From positions 32,001-96,000 of the IMG/VR virus record IMGVR_UViG_3300028883_000003: DNA of 64,000 nucleotides. The stretch is one strand, 5' to 3'. Made by a program: the position numbers and the translations under genes. Shown here in pieces: positions 7,772-18,217 of the stretch. The DNA comes from a virus. Position 1 is the first letter of the stretch; each line of letters begins with the position of its first letter. A model generated the notes under the pieces. It was given only the letters and a program-made list of their open reading frames with translations. It was not told where the DNA came from and made no database searches.

Positions 7772-8416
7772 TTATAACACTCCTTTTTCTTTCAGCGTTC
7801 TTTTTAACATTTCAATACCCTCCCTTTTTATTTTATATAACCACCCTGCCTCACTACTAAATCCATATTGAACAGATAGTTCTTGAATAGACTGTCTTAG
7901 GATATAATACCCCAAAATAACAGTTAAGCAAGCTTCTGGTAATTTAGCTAAGGATTCAACTATTTCATACCCATTTTCATAACGGGATAGATCAAGCATT
8001 AAATCTTCTATTTGACAGTTAGTTAACCCCAATTTTTCAACTTCCAAACTTATCTGCTGTTGTGGCAAGTCCACCATTGAGCGTATTTTAGAAGCAAAAA
8101 TTTCTATTGCAAACTCATTATCCGGCTCTTGTCTTTTTAATATATTACCAATGTGGTCTTTCATAAAACCAGTAATGCGAGGAGTTAAATAAGTAGATAA
8201 TTTATATCCTTTGCACGGTTTAAACTTATTATTAACTACCTCAATCATTTCTACATAGCAGTCCTGCTTCATATCTTCAAGATCTTCTTTAGACAAAAAA
8301 GCCTTTAATCTGTGGGTATGCACAAACGAATTAAATAATTTATTAACTATTACAATACCTTCTTGGATAAGGTTATTCTTCTGACACTGGTTCGCCATAT
8401 ACATCATCGGACTCAT
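7772..8416 (-). CDS. phage RNA polymerase sigma-70 family factor (FliA/sigma28-like)
   Basis: Region 2-like KFKPCKGYKLSTYLTPRITGFMKD; region 4-like LAKLPE...YYILRQSIQELS...IKREGIEMLK. Confidence 0.8.
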   Translation of the reverse strand: MSPMMYMANQCQKNNLIQEGIVIVNKLFNSFVHTHRLKAFLSKEDLEDMKQDCYVEMIEVVNNKFKPCKGYKLSTYLTPRITGFMKDHIGNILKRQEPDNEFAIEIFASKIRSMVDLPQQQISLEVEKLGLTNCQIEDLMLDLSRYENGYEIVESLAKLPEACLTVILGYYILRQSIQELSVQYGFSSEAGWLYKIKREGIEMLKRTLKEKGVL

Positions 8417-8672
8417 TTTGCATTATTCTGATCTCTCCAGTCTGTTCAAAGAAGGCTACCCTATCTTCAGAATCTAAAATATAATTATTATCTAATAAAA
8501 AATCATTTAAAAGTGTGCTCCTTTTAGACATTATTTTTGCTATAGCTTTTTTGCTTTGTGCCATAATAACATGATTTACAATAAGGTCTGATTGTAGGCC
8601 ACACAGGTCGGCATAGGTTTTATCCTCTTTGCTAATTTGAAAAGATCGTTTCAATTTTAAAGCCATAGACAA
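8373..8672 (-). CDS. hypothetical protein
   Basis: 99-aa ORF with AAGGAGG RBS. Confidence 0.45.
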   Translation of the reverse strand: MSMALKLKRSFQISKEDKTYADLCGLQSDLIVNHVIMAQSKKAIAKIMSKRSTLLNDFLLDNNYILDSEDRVAFFEQTGEIRIMQNESDDVYGEPVSEE

Positions 8673-8713
8673 GTCCTCCTTTATTTATTATCGGCTTTTT
8701 GGGTCAATTTTGT

Positions 8714-9247
8714 CTACGGATTTCTAGGTATTTTTATAAAATTATGGTTGTCCTTATTCTGAATTGTTCTAACTAATTGGGACACTTGAGGATAGCAATC
8801 TTTACATATTTTCAAGCTATGCTCATTTTTTAGTCCTTTTCTTAGTCTGCCACAAAAAGAGCAGGTAGGATGGTATTTTTTCATAAATTCTTGTAATTCA
8901 GCAACACTATAACAAATTGGTATCCCGTGCTTTTTAGCACAATCATGCTCTTTTATAGCTCCTTTTGATTCTTGCCAATTAGTAAGCATCAGCATTATAT
9001 CTACTTTTTGCATAAAATCCAAATCAGCCTGAAGAATTGTGTCATAAGGCTCTGTTTTAAATACACTTAGAAGTTCTTTCTGGTTTCTCCATGGGCTGTT
9101 TAAATGAGGGAGAAATACATATATTCCGGGTATTCCCCAAACCTTTAAGGCTACTTGTCTAGCATGTTCAATATTCTTATTTTCTTCTTTTTGAGGAGAC
9201 TTCCCACCATTGGCAATTTTACCTGAAATATAAACTAGTTTTCTCAT
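8714..9247 (-). CDS. DUF4406/nucleoside deoxyribosyltransferase-like protein with C-terminal zinc finger
   Basis: VYISG...FLPH...D...WQESKGAIKEH core plus CSFCGR...ICKDC. Confidence 0.65.
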   Translation of the reverse strand: MRKLVYISGKIANGGKSPQKEENKNIEHARQVALKVWGIPGIYVFLPHLNSPWRNQKELLSVFKTEPYDTILQADLDFMQKVDIMLMLTNWQESKGAIKEHDCAKKHGIPICYSVAELQEFMKKYHPTCSFCGRLRKGLKNEHSLKICKDCYPQVSQLVRTIQNKDNHNFIKIPRNP

Positions 9248-9627
9248 TTTACTCCCTTACGTTTTGCTTCCAGCCTTTTAAAACTTTGTTCAACAGCTAA
9301 ATCCATTCCTAATGGAAGCTCGTCAAGATCAGTAGTCTCATAGACCTTACCTGTTGGACTTATAAAACTATAACCGTAAACACCCTCCTCTAAATCCCAA
9401 ATTATGCCATATTGACATTTCCAACCTGAAACCAAAGCATTTCGTAAAACTTTGTGTGTGTAGTCTTTTTTCATTAAATCCAAGCTAATACATGTTAAGT
9501 CTTCTCGAATTTCAAGTTCATCAAGATAATCTTTAATCTCTCTAAACAACATCAGTGTATTAGTATCAGTACCTTTATACATGTCTGAGTATGCAACTAA
9601 TTTAGCCTTTAGTGTTTTGGTGTCCAT
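9244..9627 (-). CDS. hypothetical protein
   Basis: 127-aa ORF coupled to polA. Confidence 0.45.
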   Translation of the reverse strand: MDTKTLKAKLVAYSDMYKGTDTNTLMLFREIKDYLDELEIREDLTCISLDLMKKDYTHKVLRNALVSGWKCQYGIIWDLEEGVYGYSFISPTGKVYETTDLDELPLGMDLAVEQSFKRLEAKRKGVK

Positions 9628-11492
9628 TACTTCTTTACCTTTGCGAAATTCTTTTTTACTTCAATATCTACGGGCAATAGTACATTGTCTATTGTTACAT
9701 TCATACAAGACAACAAAATATCTTTGACCTGTTCTTCTAAACCTTCTTTAGCTTCCACAACAACCGAGTCATGAGTTGTGGTTATTAAATGTGCATCTAA
9801 GTTTAGTTCAGCAAATTTACGCGTTATTTTAACCATGGAATACTTAAGTAAGTCAGCAGATGTCCCTTGTATAATATGATTAGTTAATTCTCTAACGGCT
9901 CCTTCCCATTTCCACTTCTCCCTCATTTCAGGATATATGTTGTAGGGAAGATACCTACGCCTGCCATAAAACGTTTTAGTATACCCATTTTTAATAATGT
10001 CCTTTTCTACTCTTTGTTTCCATTTGAGTACTCCGGGATAAACCCTAAAGAACATGTTGAGGTATTCTTTGGCTCTTTCTTTAGAACAATTCAATGTTTT
10101 TGAAATGCTGTATTCAGTAGCCCCATATATAATTGAGAAATTAATGGTTTTACCTATATGTCTGATAACGTTCATAGCATCAGCAGTTGTAGTATGTAGA
10201 TCAGCATGCCTTGGGTCATTAATAAAAGCATCTAACATTTTTTTATCTTTAGACGCAATAGCAACCATTCTTAATTCACAACCAGACCAATCAGCCTCAA
10301 TGAAATTATAGCCTTCTCTAGCAACAAACCCCTTACGGATGCTGATGATGTTGTTGTCTCTAGTTATATTCTGTATATTAGGGGAACTAGACAAACGACC
10401 ACTATTTTTAATTTGATCAAAGTTGGTGTGTAAGATGTATTCGATCTTTTCATCATCTAAAAAGTGTTGATGAGCAACTTTAGGGTATTTATCAATATAA
10501 GTGGTTAACGCTTTGTTTATACCACGATGGAACAGAATATGTCCGGCTAATTTGTGTAATTTTTTGTTTTTGGTTCTACGCTGAATAGTTTGCAGGGCCT
10601 CTACGTCAGTTTGCACTAGATTTGTTCTAGTATACATTAGCTCATTATTAGCAGCATATTTTTTTAATAGCTCGCCTACTTGCTTTGGGGAAGCCACATT
10701 AGTTTTGTATTTAGTTTCAAATATCTCAGTCATTTTGTCACGACACTTAACAAGAGGTATCTTTGCCTTTTCGTAAAAATCAACATCTATCATAATACCC
10801 CTCATCTCCATTTGAGCTAAAATAGGGGTTAATAAAGCTTCAGCATTATAAAATAAGTCTCTATATTGCTTATCTATTTGTGGTTTCATACCTTTGTACA
10901 GATAATAAGTGTAGATAACGTCATCAATACAATAACTACCAAATTGTACAGGGTCTTGTTCGGCAGCGTTTTCTTGTGAAGCGTCTTTAAAGGTTTTAAT
11001 TAATTTAGTATATGGGATATCAACATATTGTTTAATAACATCTTTAAGTTTAGCTGTTTGTTTAGTGTCCCCATTCAACATTTTTATAGCAATCATGGTA
11101 TCCCAAAAATTTGGGTATAAATATATTCCAGCTTGCCACAAGAACTTGTAGTCAAACTTAGAATTATGCATCAGCCAAACTCCGCCGGTAGACACCACTG
11201 AGTTTAACTTGTCCACAATTAAGTTTAAAGGAAGTTGCTCTTTTCGTAATATCCCCTTTTTGGTGTGTTTTATAGGAATATAATAACCCTCATCAATACC
11301 CAAGGCAATACCAATACCTAACAGCCAACCATGATACGGATCAAGACCAGACTTATCCGTAACACCAGTAGTCTCTACATCAATGGCTATTGGCTTATCG
11401 TTACTAATATTTTCTTGTATTAGTTGGCATAGCAAATCTAATCGTTCTTTTGTGTCAACCAATTTATATGTAGGTTCTTTCCAAATAAACAT
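9627..11492 (-). CDS. polA: family A DNA polymerase with 3'-5' exonuclease
   Basis: Exo motifs AIDVETTG, HNSKFD, YCIDD; SGRLSSSPNIQNI; motif A EADWSGCELR; motif B KTINFSIIYG; motif C HDS. Confidence 0.97.
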   Translation of the reverse strand: MFIWKEPTYKLVDTKERLDLLCQLIQENISNDKPIAIDVETTGVTDKSGLDPYHGWLLGIGIALGIDEGYYIPIKHTKKGILRKEQLPLNLIVDKLNSVVSTGGVWLMHNSKFDYKFLWQAGIYLYPNFWDTMIAIKMLNGDTKQTAKLKDVIKQYVDIPYTKLIKTFKDASQENAAEQDPVQFGSYCIDDVIYTYYLYKGMKPQIDKQYRDLFYNAEALLTPILAQMEMRGIMIDVDFYEKAKIPLVKCRDKMTEIFETKYKTNVASPKQVGELLKKYAANNELMYTRTNLVQTDVEALQTIQRRTKNKKLHKLAGHILFHRGINKALTTYIDKYPKVAHQHFLDDEKIEYILHTNFDQIKNSGRLSSSPNIQNITRDNNIISIRKGFVAREGYNFIEADWSGCELRMVAIASKDKKMLDAFINDPRHADLHTTTADAMNVIRHIGKTINFSIIYGATEYSISKTLNCSKERAKEYLNMFFRVYPGVLKWKQRVEKDIIKNGYTKTFYGRRRYLPYNIYPEMREKWKWEGAVRELTNHIIQGTSADLLKYSMVKITRKFAELNLDAHLITTTHDSVVVEAKEGLEEQVKDILLSCMNVTIDNVLLPVDIEVKKNFAKVKK

Positions 11493-11564
11493 AATTTTTC
11501 TTTTTTAGTAGGGGTAGGGTTTATCACCCCACCCCGTTCAAACAAACCGCTATGGAATAGGTTG

Positions 11565-11954
11565 TTAAAATGGCAAATCATCTGAAGGAACTGTGGGCTC
11601 AGATGAGTCACCATTATCTTCTACTGGCAGTTCAGTTTTCTGTCTTTGTGGACGCTGAATCAATTGGGCCTTTTGGCCGATCACATTAAGGTACTTTTTG
11701 CCTTCGTATTCACGCTGGTTAAGTTTCCCAACAACTAGAACAGTATCACCAGTTTTAATTCCGGCTTTTTCAATTCTGGCACACACGGGGCCAAAAAAGA
11801 TAACATCTACCCAAACAGTATTTTCGATCCATTCGTCAGGTGCTTCTTTTTTAGTATATGACTCATTACAAGCCACAGCAATATATGTACTTTTTTCATT
11901 GGTTGTAATTTTGCCAACGTTACCAATAATTCTAACTTCGTTCAATCGTTCCAT
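11565..11954 (-). CDS. ssb: single-stranded DNA-binding protein
   Basis: LNEVRIIGNVG OB-fold start, GDTVLVVGKL, acidic tail DDLPF. Confidence 0.93.
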   Translation of the reverse strand: MERLNEVRIIGNVGKITTNEKSTYIAVACNESYTKKEAPDEWIENTVWVDVIFFGPVCARIEKAGIKTGDTVLVVGKLNQREYEGKKYLNVIGQKAQLIQRPQRQKTELPVEDNGDSSEPTVPSDDLPF

Positions 11955-11962
11955 AATAGCTC

Positions 11963-12202
11963 CTAAATTAGTGGTTTGTAAACAACGAGCACTGTCATTA
12001 CCTCATTATTTATTGTGTATGTTTCTTTAACACTGGCTCGAAAGTCTACAGGTATTACATTTCTTAATTTTTCATTCCAAATAGTTTCAATAGCATTTCT
12101 AAACGTTAACAATTCTAAACTTTTTGAGCATCCTGAAGGAATTCTGCACTTATATTCTTCACTGTATTCCTTACGCGGGTCAAAATTAGGGCAATGGTCC
12201 AA
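11963..12202 (-). CDS. hypothetical protein
   Basis: 79-aa ORF coupled to its neighbours. Confidence 0.4.
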   Translation of the reverse strand: MDHCPNFDPRKEYSEEYKCRIPSGCSKSLELLTFRNAIETIWNEKLRNVIPVDFRASVKETYTINNEVMTVLVVYKPLI

Positions 12203-12515
12203 GATAATCTTTATCTCCTATTTTAGGTCCAATTTTTCTTTTATAGTCTTTGTCTCCGGGAACTTCTCCAAAAGGAATTCCACCATCTAACGGTCTATCC
12301 TCTGGTTTTAACTTTTGTATTTCTTTCACCCTTTTATCATAGGGGCTTTGAAATTTGTTGTTCTTTCCTTTCACTTTAATGGCTGGTGCACCAAAAAACT
12401 TTCTTCTAAATGCTATACTATTACAACAAGGAGAGGTTATGCGAAGTTCCCAAAATTTAGCAAATTCTTCAAATATTTTCTTACATTCTGAGCATTGAAA
12501 TGTATATAATGGCAT
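12186..12515 (-). CDS. FmdB-family zinc ribbon protein
   Basis: MPLYTFQCSECKKIFE...PCC...AP signature. Confidence 0.75.
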   Translation of the reverse strand: MPLYTFQCSECKKIFEEFAKFWELRITSPCCNSIAFRRKFFGAPAIKVKGKNNKFQSPYDKRVKEIQKLKPEDRPLDGGIPFGEVPGDKDYKRKIGPKIGDKDYLGPLP

Positions 12516-13040
12516 TTAAACCCTTCTTTCTATTGCAATTTGGTCACAAACACTCAAAAGCCACGCCTCATGAACAAGCTCAATAATATTGTATTCTTTA
12601 GATGGGACCCAAAAATTAAGACTACCTAGTTGTCGCAAAGGGTTGTTACTATTGAAACCCGTTAAGGTAACAGTATATATTCCATGCTCATTAGCTTTTT
12701 TACACCCATTAATAATGTTTGGTGAAGTACCACTGCTACTAATAAAAATACCAACAGTATTTTTTTCAGAATATAATTGTATTGCCTGTTCTACCCATTT
12801 ATCCCAACCATAGTCATTGGCTAAACAAGACATTAGTGAAACATCGTTGTATGTTTTCATGCAAACTCCGGCTACTTTGGTAAAGTCTTCAGCAACATGA
12901 CTGGCTATCGCCGCACTCCCGCCATTACCAACAATAAAAGCGGGTCTAGTTATGGTCTTTAAATTAGCAATAAGACTTTTTGTTTCTTCTTCTGGGTACA
13001 TTGATAATTTTTCAATTAAGTCATCATAAAACGTTTTCAT
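12516..13040 (-). CDS. gmhA: SIS-domain phosphoheptose isomerase (GmhA-like)
   Basis: GNGGSAAIASH, LANDYGW, ISSSGTSPNII, E..H motifs; start set at MKTFY (13040), ATGA overlap with the upstream gene. Confidence 0.85.
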   Translation of the reverse strand: MKTFYDDLIEKLSMYPEEETKSLIANLKTITRPAFIVGNGGSAAIASHVAEDFTKVAGVCMKTYNDVSLMSCLANDYGWDKWVEQAIQLYSEKNTVGIFISSSGTSPNIINGCKKANEHGIYTVTLTGFNSNNPLRQLGSLNFWVPSKEYNIIELVHEAWLLSVCDQIAIERRV

Positions 13041-14353
13041 AAAATTGCTTTTCCCATCTTTTTCATTACAAAAGGGGTTAACGCATCTTGGGTGCACAAG
13101 TGCTGTGTGTTAGCTGCCGCTGCTAACGATGCCAAAAATAAAACCTCTTCCGGTTTGTATTGCAAATAATAAGCTAAAGATGCAATAGTAAAAAATGCAT
13201 CTCCGGCACCAATAGAATCAACAATATTATTTACTGCTAGAGCCGGAAATTCCACGTAACAATCATTTTTGTCAAAATAAACACTTCCATATTTATGCAT
13301 TGTTAAAATAACGGCTTCAGTATTTAATTTTTGATATATAGTATTCATTAATTCTTTGTCAAATTTCTCTATTTGCCAGCCAAGTAATAATGATGCTTCT
13401 GTTCTGTCTAAACAAACTAATTTTGATTTATACTTGTTCCATTTATTAGCTTTATTATACCCAAAGTTAGATGAATTTGTTTGAACCATCAAATAAATAT
13501 TGTCCACCAATTCTTTGTTATCAAACAAACCGTGGCCAAAGTCGGCTATTAAAAGCAACTCGGTGTTAGATGATATCTCGTGCAGCATTTGTTTAAATAG
13601 TGCTTCGTCTATATTTATTTTATGTTTATATTTAATTTCCAAATGTTTTTGTCCGTTATGATAATCTAAAAACCTTTTTTTAATAACTGCATGCATTTTA
13701 TAATTAGGAAACATGTTATATTTTTTGCAAAAATTTTGTACATGTCTTAATACATAGTGTGCTCCACCAAGTTGTGTTATCTCATCTTCTTGTGTTGTAA
13801 AGCTGGGACAATATGATTTTGCCGATTGACCATCTAATATAACCTTTTGAAAAATATCAATAATTGGTTCTCCGATTATACCAACGTAAAGATTAGAACA
13901 ATCCTCAATAAACCTACGTATAACAGATTGATTTAATTCTATTTTTAGATTTAAAAATGGTCCGTTTTGATTTCTTAATTTGGTTGACGAATAAACCACA
14001 TCAGGATCTATGATAACCAAAGCACCACCAAACGATTCAACTTTTTCTTTTTCAATATCTAAAACTTTGTCCCCATTTAGATAATCAGAACCCTTAATAA
14101 GAAAATTAGGCTTGAATTTATCTATTGCTGGTAAACCAGTCTTGTCATTACAAATATACACTTCATCTACCCAAGGTAATAACTCTAACGTTTGTTTTCT
14201 AATATCTTGGGTAAATACTGGGGGTTCTGGTAAGTATGGGTCTGCCGTGATAACAACAACTAAATAATCACCATATTTTTTAGCCTCTTTTAAATGATAC
14301 AAATGGCCAGTGTGCAAAACGTCAAACTTGCCTAAACACATAACTGTTTTCAT
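13037..14353 (-). CDS. bifunctional nucleotidyltransferase + PfkB sugar kinase (HldE/RfaE-like, transferase domain first)
   Basis: GKFDVLHTGH (HxGH) and KGSDY at the N-terminus; DSIGAGDAF PfkB signature at the C-terminus. Confidence 0.85.
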   Translation of the reverse strand: MKTVMCLGKFDVLHTGHLYHLKEAKKYGDYLVVVITADPYLPEPPVFTQDIRKQTLELLPWVDEVYICNDKTGLPAIDKFKPNFLIKGSDYLNGDKVLDIEKEKVESFGGALVIIDPDVVYSSTKLRNQNGPFLNLKIELNQSVIRRFIEDCSNLYVGIIGEPIIDIFQKVILDGQSAKSYCPSFTTQEDEITQLGGAHYVLRHVQNFCKKYNMFPNYKMHAVIKKRFLDYHNGQKHLEIKYKHKINIDEALFKQMLHEISSNTELLLIADFGHGLFDNKELVDNIYLMVQTNSSNFGYNKANKWNKYKSKLVCLDRTEASLLLGWQIEKFDKELMNTIYQKLNTEAVILTMHKYGSVYFDKNDCYVEFPALAVNNIVDSIGAGDAFFTIASLAYYLQYKPEEVLFLASLAAAANTQHLCTQDALTPFVMKKMGKAIL

Positions 14354-15330
14354 TAATTACCCTTTAGTACCAATATATTATTGTATTTTGGAGTTTTATA
14401 ATGCTGAAAAAAACCATAGTTCATTACATTCTTTAATTCCTCAATTGCATCGTCCACAGTAAAAAATGGGTATTTGCTGTAGAGGGGGCCAAAACCTAAT
14501 TCTTTTTCAATTTTTTTGGAACAAATATGGTAATCTCTAACATCTTTTGTAGGTTTTACAATAATTGGAACATAAAAATGTTTGTTTACTTTATGTGCCA
14601 ACTCCAAAATTGTAGAATTTTCCCACCCAGCATTAAACACCTGTTGGTTAATTCTATCACTAGAAATAGTTAAAAGCAACAAATAAATACTTAACATATT
14701 TTCCATTGTTAAGTTGGGGCGTCTTTGGTCTCCACCATAAACTGTTATTACATCATCAAAATATGCACTACCACATAACGCATTAACAGCTAAATCAAAT
14801 CGTTGTCTTGGGCTGACCCCACAAATTGTGGCTGGGCGTATTGCTACAGTAACAAAACCTTGTTGCCCTAAAACCATCTGTTCTGCTTCTAATTTTGTTT
14901 TTGAATAAACGGTAATGGGTTTCGGTATAGTTTCTTCTGTTACGTTTTCACTTGGTTGAATTCCAAATACACTACTTGATGAAGCGTATACAAATCTTTT
15001 AATCCCAGATTTGTTACACTCTTTCAATAAAACTTCTGTTCCACCACTATTTACGTCTATGGTAGTTTGTGGATTTAAATCTCCGGTAGGATCGTTGGAT
15101 ATGGCGGCTAAGTGATACACAACATCAATATTTTGTAGTGCCTTGTTCACATCTTTTTTAGACCTAATATCCCCTTGAATAATTGTAATCGAAGAATCTG
15201 ATTTAAAATCTTTAATAGCACACCCATAAGTAAGTGTATCCAAAACTACTACGTTATGTTTATGCTTAGTCAATTTTTGAACTAACCTAGTTCCAACATA
15301 CCCGGCACCACCAGTTACCAAAATATTCAT
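14353..15330 (-). CDS. NAD-dependent nucleotide-sugar epimerase/dehydratase (extended SDR)
   Basis: TGGAGYVG, HLAA, ASSSSVFG, YSKTK, GDQRRP. Confidence 0.92.
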   Translation of the reverse strand: MNILVTGGAGYVGTRLVQKLTKHKHNVVVLDTLTYGCAIKDFKSDSSITIIQGDIRSKKDVNKALQNIDVVYHLAAISNDPTGDLNPQTTIDVNSGGTEVLLKECNKSGIKRFVYASSSSVFGIQPSENVTEETIPKPITVYSKTKLEAEQMVLGQQGFVTVAIRPATICGVSPRQRFDLAVNALCGSAYFDDVITVYGGDQRRPNLTMENMLSIYLLLLTISSDRINQQVFNAGWENSTILELAHKVNKHFYVPIIVKPTKDVRDYHICSKKIEKELGFGPLYSKYPFFTVDDAIEELKNVMNYGFFQHYKTPKYNNILVLKGN

Positions 15331-16076
15331 TTACAAACCTTTCTAAAATGATCATAGCCAGCCTCTAGTTCTTCAACTACATTAAACAAGCCCTCATATT
15401 CGATACTAAATGATTTAGTATAGCAAAATAGATCAGTAACTAAACTATCAAATAATTTTCCTTTTCCAAAAGAACATAGTTCAATCCCTGAATACCCCTT
15501 TAAATGCACATGTTTAATGTATTCCCCTGTTTCTTTTAACATTTTGTGTGGGTCATTTCCATCTAAGATAATGTTGACAGGATCAAAAACAATACCTACA
15601 TTAGTTCTGTTAATTGACACCATCAAATCCCGTACACCAACAGGGTGTGTACCAATTCCTTTATGTGTTTCAAATAAAAAATTGGTACTTGGATAAGCAT
15701 CAGCAAACAACTGTATATTATAAACAATATTGAATATTTGTTTATCCGATAATTCATTATAACATAAAGGAGTAAAGAATAACCTAATATTACTTATCTT
15801 TAGTTTTGTTATAATATTTAACTGTTTGGATATTTCCATAATTTGATTTTTTGCAAAATCACACCATCCACCATCAGCAATACTAATATTAAGGGGTACT
15901 AACTCGTCAAACACTTTTGATACATCCATTTTGTCTTCAACAAAGTATTTAAGATGTAGTTCAGGCGTTCTGTTGGTGCGTTTGGAATAATCAAGCATTT
16001 CATCGAAAGTAAATGCCTTAGTTACAAAAAATGGTGTTATACTACTCATAATAATATTTAAAGCTCTCATGTGCAT
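15327..16076 (-). CDS. sugar phosphate isomerase/epimerase (xylose isomerase-like TIM barrel)
   Basis: FETH, FDPVN, HVHLK, IEYE metal-binding pattern. Confidence 0.8.
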   Translation of the reverse strand: MHMRALNIIMSSITPFFVTKAFTFDEMLDYSKRTNRTPELHLKYFVEDKMDVSKVFDELVPLNISIADGGWCDFAKNQIMEISKQLNIITKLKISNIRLFFTPLCYNELSDKQIFNIVYNIQLFADAYPSTNFLFETHKGIGTHPVGVRDLMVSINRTNVGIVFDPVNIILDGNDPHKMLKETGEYIKHVHLKGYSGIELCSFGKGKLFDSLVTDLFCYTKSFSIEYEGLFNVVEELEAGYDHFRKVCK

Positions 16077-16926
16077 GCATATGAACTGGGTGCTGTTCCT
16101 TTTTTAAATTCACAACTGATAATTCAAATGTCCAACGTTGTTGAATTTCAGAACTTAATCTATAGGCTAAGTTTTTCGGTTTTGTTCTGATTAAATCTCT
16201 AGCTTTTATAAACTCATCAGACCATTCTCTTGGAACCTGCTCAACTCTCATAGTAAAATACTTATCAGGTCGCACCCACTCATAATGAAAAGTTCTAAAA
16301 TCGTGGATTGGTAAAATCTTACAATACTCTGGTTCCCATAAAAACTTTTCCATAACTTGTTTGTAGAAACTACCATCACCATATCTAAACGCAACTTTTC
16401 TACCAAACCTAATAATCTTTTGGACTTTAGGGGACTCAAAGAAATTTAAATAAGAACTACCAAATCCTCTATTTGGAGGTAAGAGGTCAATTAGATTATT
16501 ACATTTAATGGCTTGTTCTTTAGTAAAAAACATATCTGCTTCAGATGGGATAATTATATCGTCCGGGCCAACTTCTACCAACCCGTTAATAAAAAAGGTA
16601 AATAATTCATAATAAGTTTTATCGGTGGTTTGTCCAGTTGGATAAGACATCTCTATTAAATGAAATTCTGTGTTAGGATATTCAACTTTACATTTCTCTA
16701 TCTCTTGTTTCAATTCTTCAAAATCAAAGGAACGAACACCATCAAGAGTGTATTTATTAACAAAAGCATTGTATGCTTTTTTGTCCATTTTGTTCTCAGG
16801 GCCTGCTGGAAATATGCCCTCTGCAATAATATATACATCAGGTTTAAAATAATCACATAAATTTCTTATATGCAGTTTTTCCATATGTACTTCATTGAAA
16901 CATGGTTCAATAACTATTCTTTTCAT
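16042..16926 (-). CDS. putative GT-A fold glycosyltransferase
   Basis: FNE...VYIIAEG...SEADMF DxD-like motif; lies within the glycan cluster. Confidence 0.5.
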   Translation of the reverse strand: MKRIVIEPCFNEVHMEKLHIRNLCDYFKPDVYIIAEGIFPAGPENKMDKKAYNAFVNKYTLDGVRSFDFEELKQEIEKCKVEYPNTEFHLIEMSYPTGQTTDKTYYELFTFFINGLVEVGPDDIIIPSEADMFFTKEQAIKCNNLIDLLPPNRGFGSSYLNFFESPKVQKIIRFGRKVAFRYGDGSFYKQVMEKFLWEPEYCKILPIHDFRTFHYEWVRPDKYFTMRVEQVPREWSDEFIKARDLIRTKPKNLAYRLSSEIQQRWTFELSVVNLKKEQHPVHMHAHESFKYYYE

Positions 16927-18216
16927 TTAAAACCTTTCCTCAACTAATTCATAGGCAGATTGAACGGTTTCGGGCATTCCAATATATCTAAATTCAGCGT
17001 GACGACCACAATGAATTATCGTCGGCCAGTACTTTTTGCTCTTTTCAAGTATCTGCTGGTATCTTTGTAACCCCTTTTCTGATTGCTGGGCGTATGCTTT
17101 TTTAGCATATAAGTTATTTGTTTTGGCATAACTGGTGACGTTCTCTGGAAAAGTCTCATCATTTATTAAGGAAGTAATAGGAACCTCAATCAGCATTAGT
17201 CTACCACCGTTGTTATATTTAGTAATTTGAGACATGTCTGTAACTCTAGTTTGAAACTCTTTACCAGAAAAATGAAAAGATTCAGCATTATTTGGAAATA
17301 AAGAATTGGTATGGTCAGGCATTAGCATTGGAATCATTATACGACCAGTATAAGGAAGACTATCACCTACAGGATCAATAAAGTCATCAATATCTAAAGT
17401 AGAAATAACATAATAATAGTCTTTTATACTTATTGTGTGCTGATACCCTTTAGTGTCCATATAAAAGATTTTATTATAAGTTTGTGATAAACCCCGTACA
17501 GTACCTTTTATGACTGTAGCTGCCTCTGTCATTTTGCTCCAAACAACATTCCATCCATTTTTCGGATATATCTGAAAAGATAAATCTTGCCCCAGCGTAT
17601 GGTCTTCAAATTTAACTGGGTCGTATCCTATTTTGCCTTTTTCATTTTCTCCTCTATCATAATTACTCTTAATTCTATCTGCCCAAACCATAGATGTTTG
17701 CAATTCCGACGGGTGTATATTCCACATCTTCCATGAATAGTCCTTCATAAATTTATTAAACAATGGCTTTCCAACCACGGCATTAAAGTACTCTTCAAAT
17801 GTGCACTTACCAATAATTGGTAATTCTTTTTCTTTTAATTTAAGTGCAGCATCACGATTCTTTTTCAAAAATTGGAGACATAGTTCTTTATCCGGCATAT
17901 CTTTTATGTCGTCAAAGTGTATTGGATATCGGTAATACGCATTATCGGATTCAATATAACTATAAAGTCTTCTATCAATATGATAGAGATTGTTATTAGT
18001 TAATTCTCTAATTATATCATTAATTGGCGATGGGTCAGGCCAAAACCAAATATGTGGGCCAAACTCATAAGGATGGCCAGAATAATAACAAGTTCTAGCC
18101 AAACCACCCAAGCCCTGTTTTTCAATCAGGGTTACTTTATACCCCTTTTTTTGTAAAAAATAAGCCAAAGAACAACCAGCTACACCGCCACCAAGAACTA
18201 ATACTTTTTTGGTCAT
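16927..18216 (-). CDS. glf: UDP-galactopyranose mutase-like flavoprotein
   Basis: GGGVAG FAD motif, GG..RT...YEFGPHIWF, YSWKMW, GRHAEFRYIGM C-terminal UGM pattern. Confidence 0.75.
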   Translation of the reverse strand: MTKKVLVLGGGVAGCSLAYFLQKKGYKVTLIEKQGLGGLARTCYYSGHPYEFGPHIWFWPDPSPINDIIRELTNNNLYHIDRRLYSYIESDNAYYRYPIHFDDIKDMPDKELCLQFLKKNRDAALKLKEKELPIIGKCTFEEYFNAVVGKPLFNKFMKDYSWKMWNIHPSELQTSMVWADRIKSNYDRGENEKGKIGYDPVKFEDHTLGQDLSFQIYPKNGWNVVWSKMTEAATVIKGTVRGLSQTYNKIFYMDTKGYQHTISIKDYYYVISTLDIDDFIDPVGDSLPYTGRIMIPMLMPDHTNSLFPNNAESFHFSGKEFQTRVTDMSQITKYNNGGRLMLIEVPITSLINDETFPENVTSYAKTNNLYAKKAYAQQSEKGLQRYQQILEKSKKYWPTIIHCGRHAEFRYIGMPETVQSAYELVEERF

Positions 18217-18217
18217 T

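Noticed and set aside
11508-11535. Hairpin GGGGTAGGGT/ACCCCACCCC between ssb and polA as a terminator
   Set aside because: No U-tract on the coding (-) strand; it may be a processing or stability hairpin, but support is insufficient.
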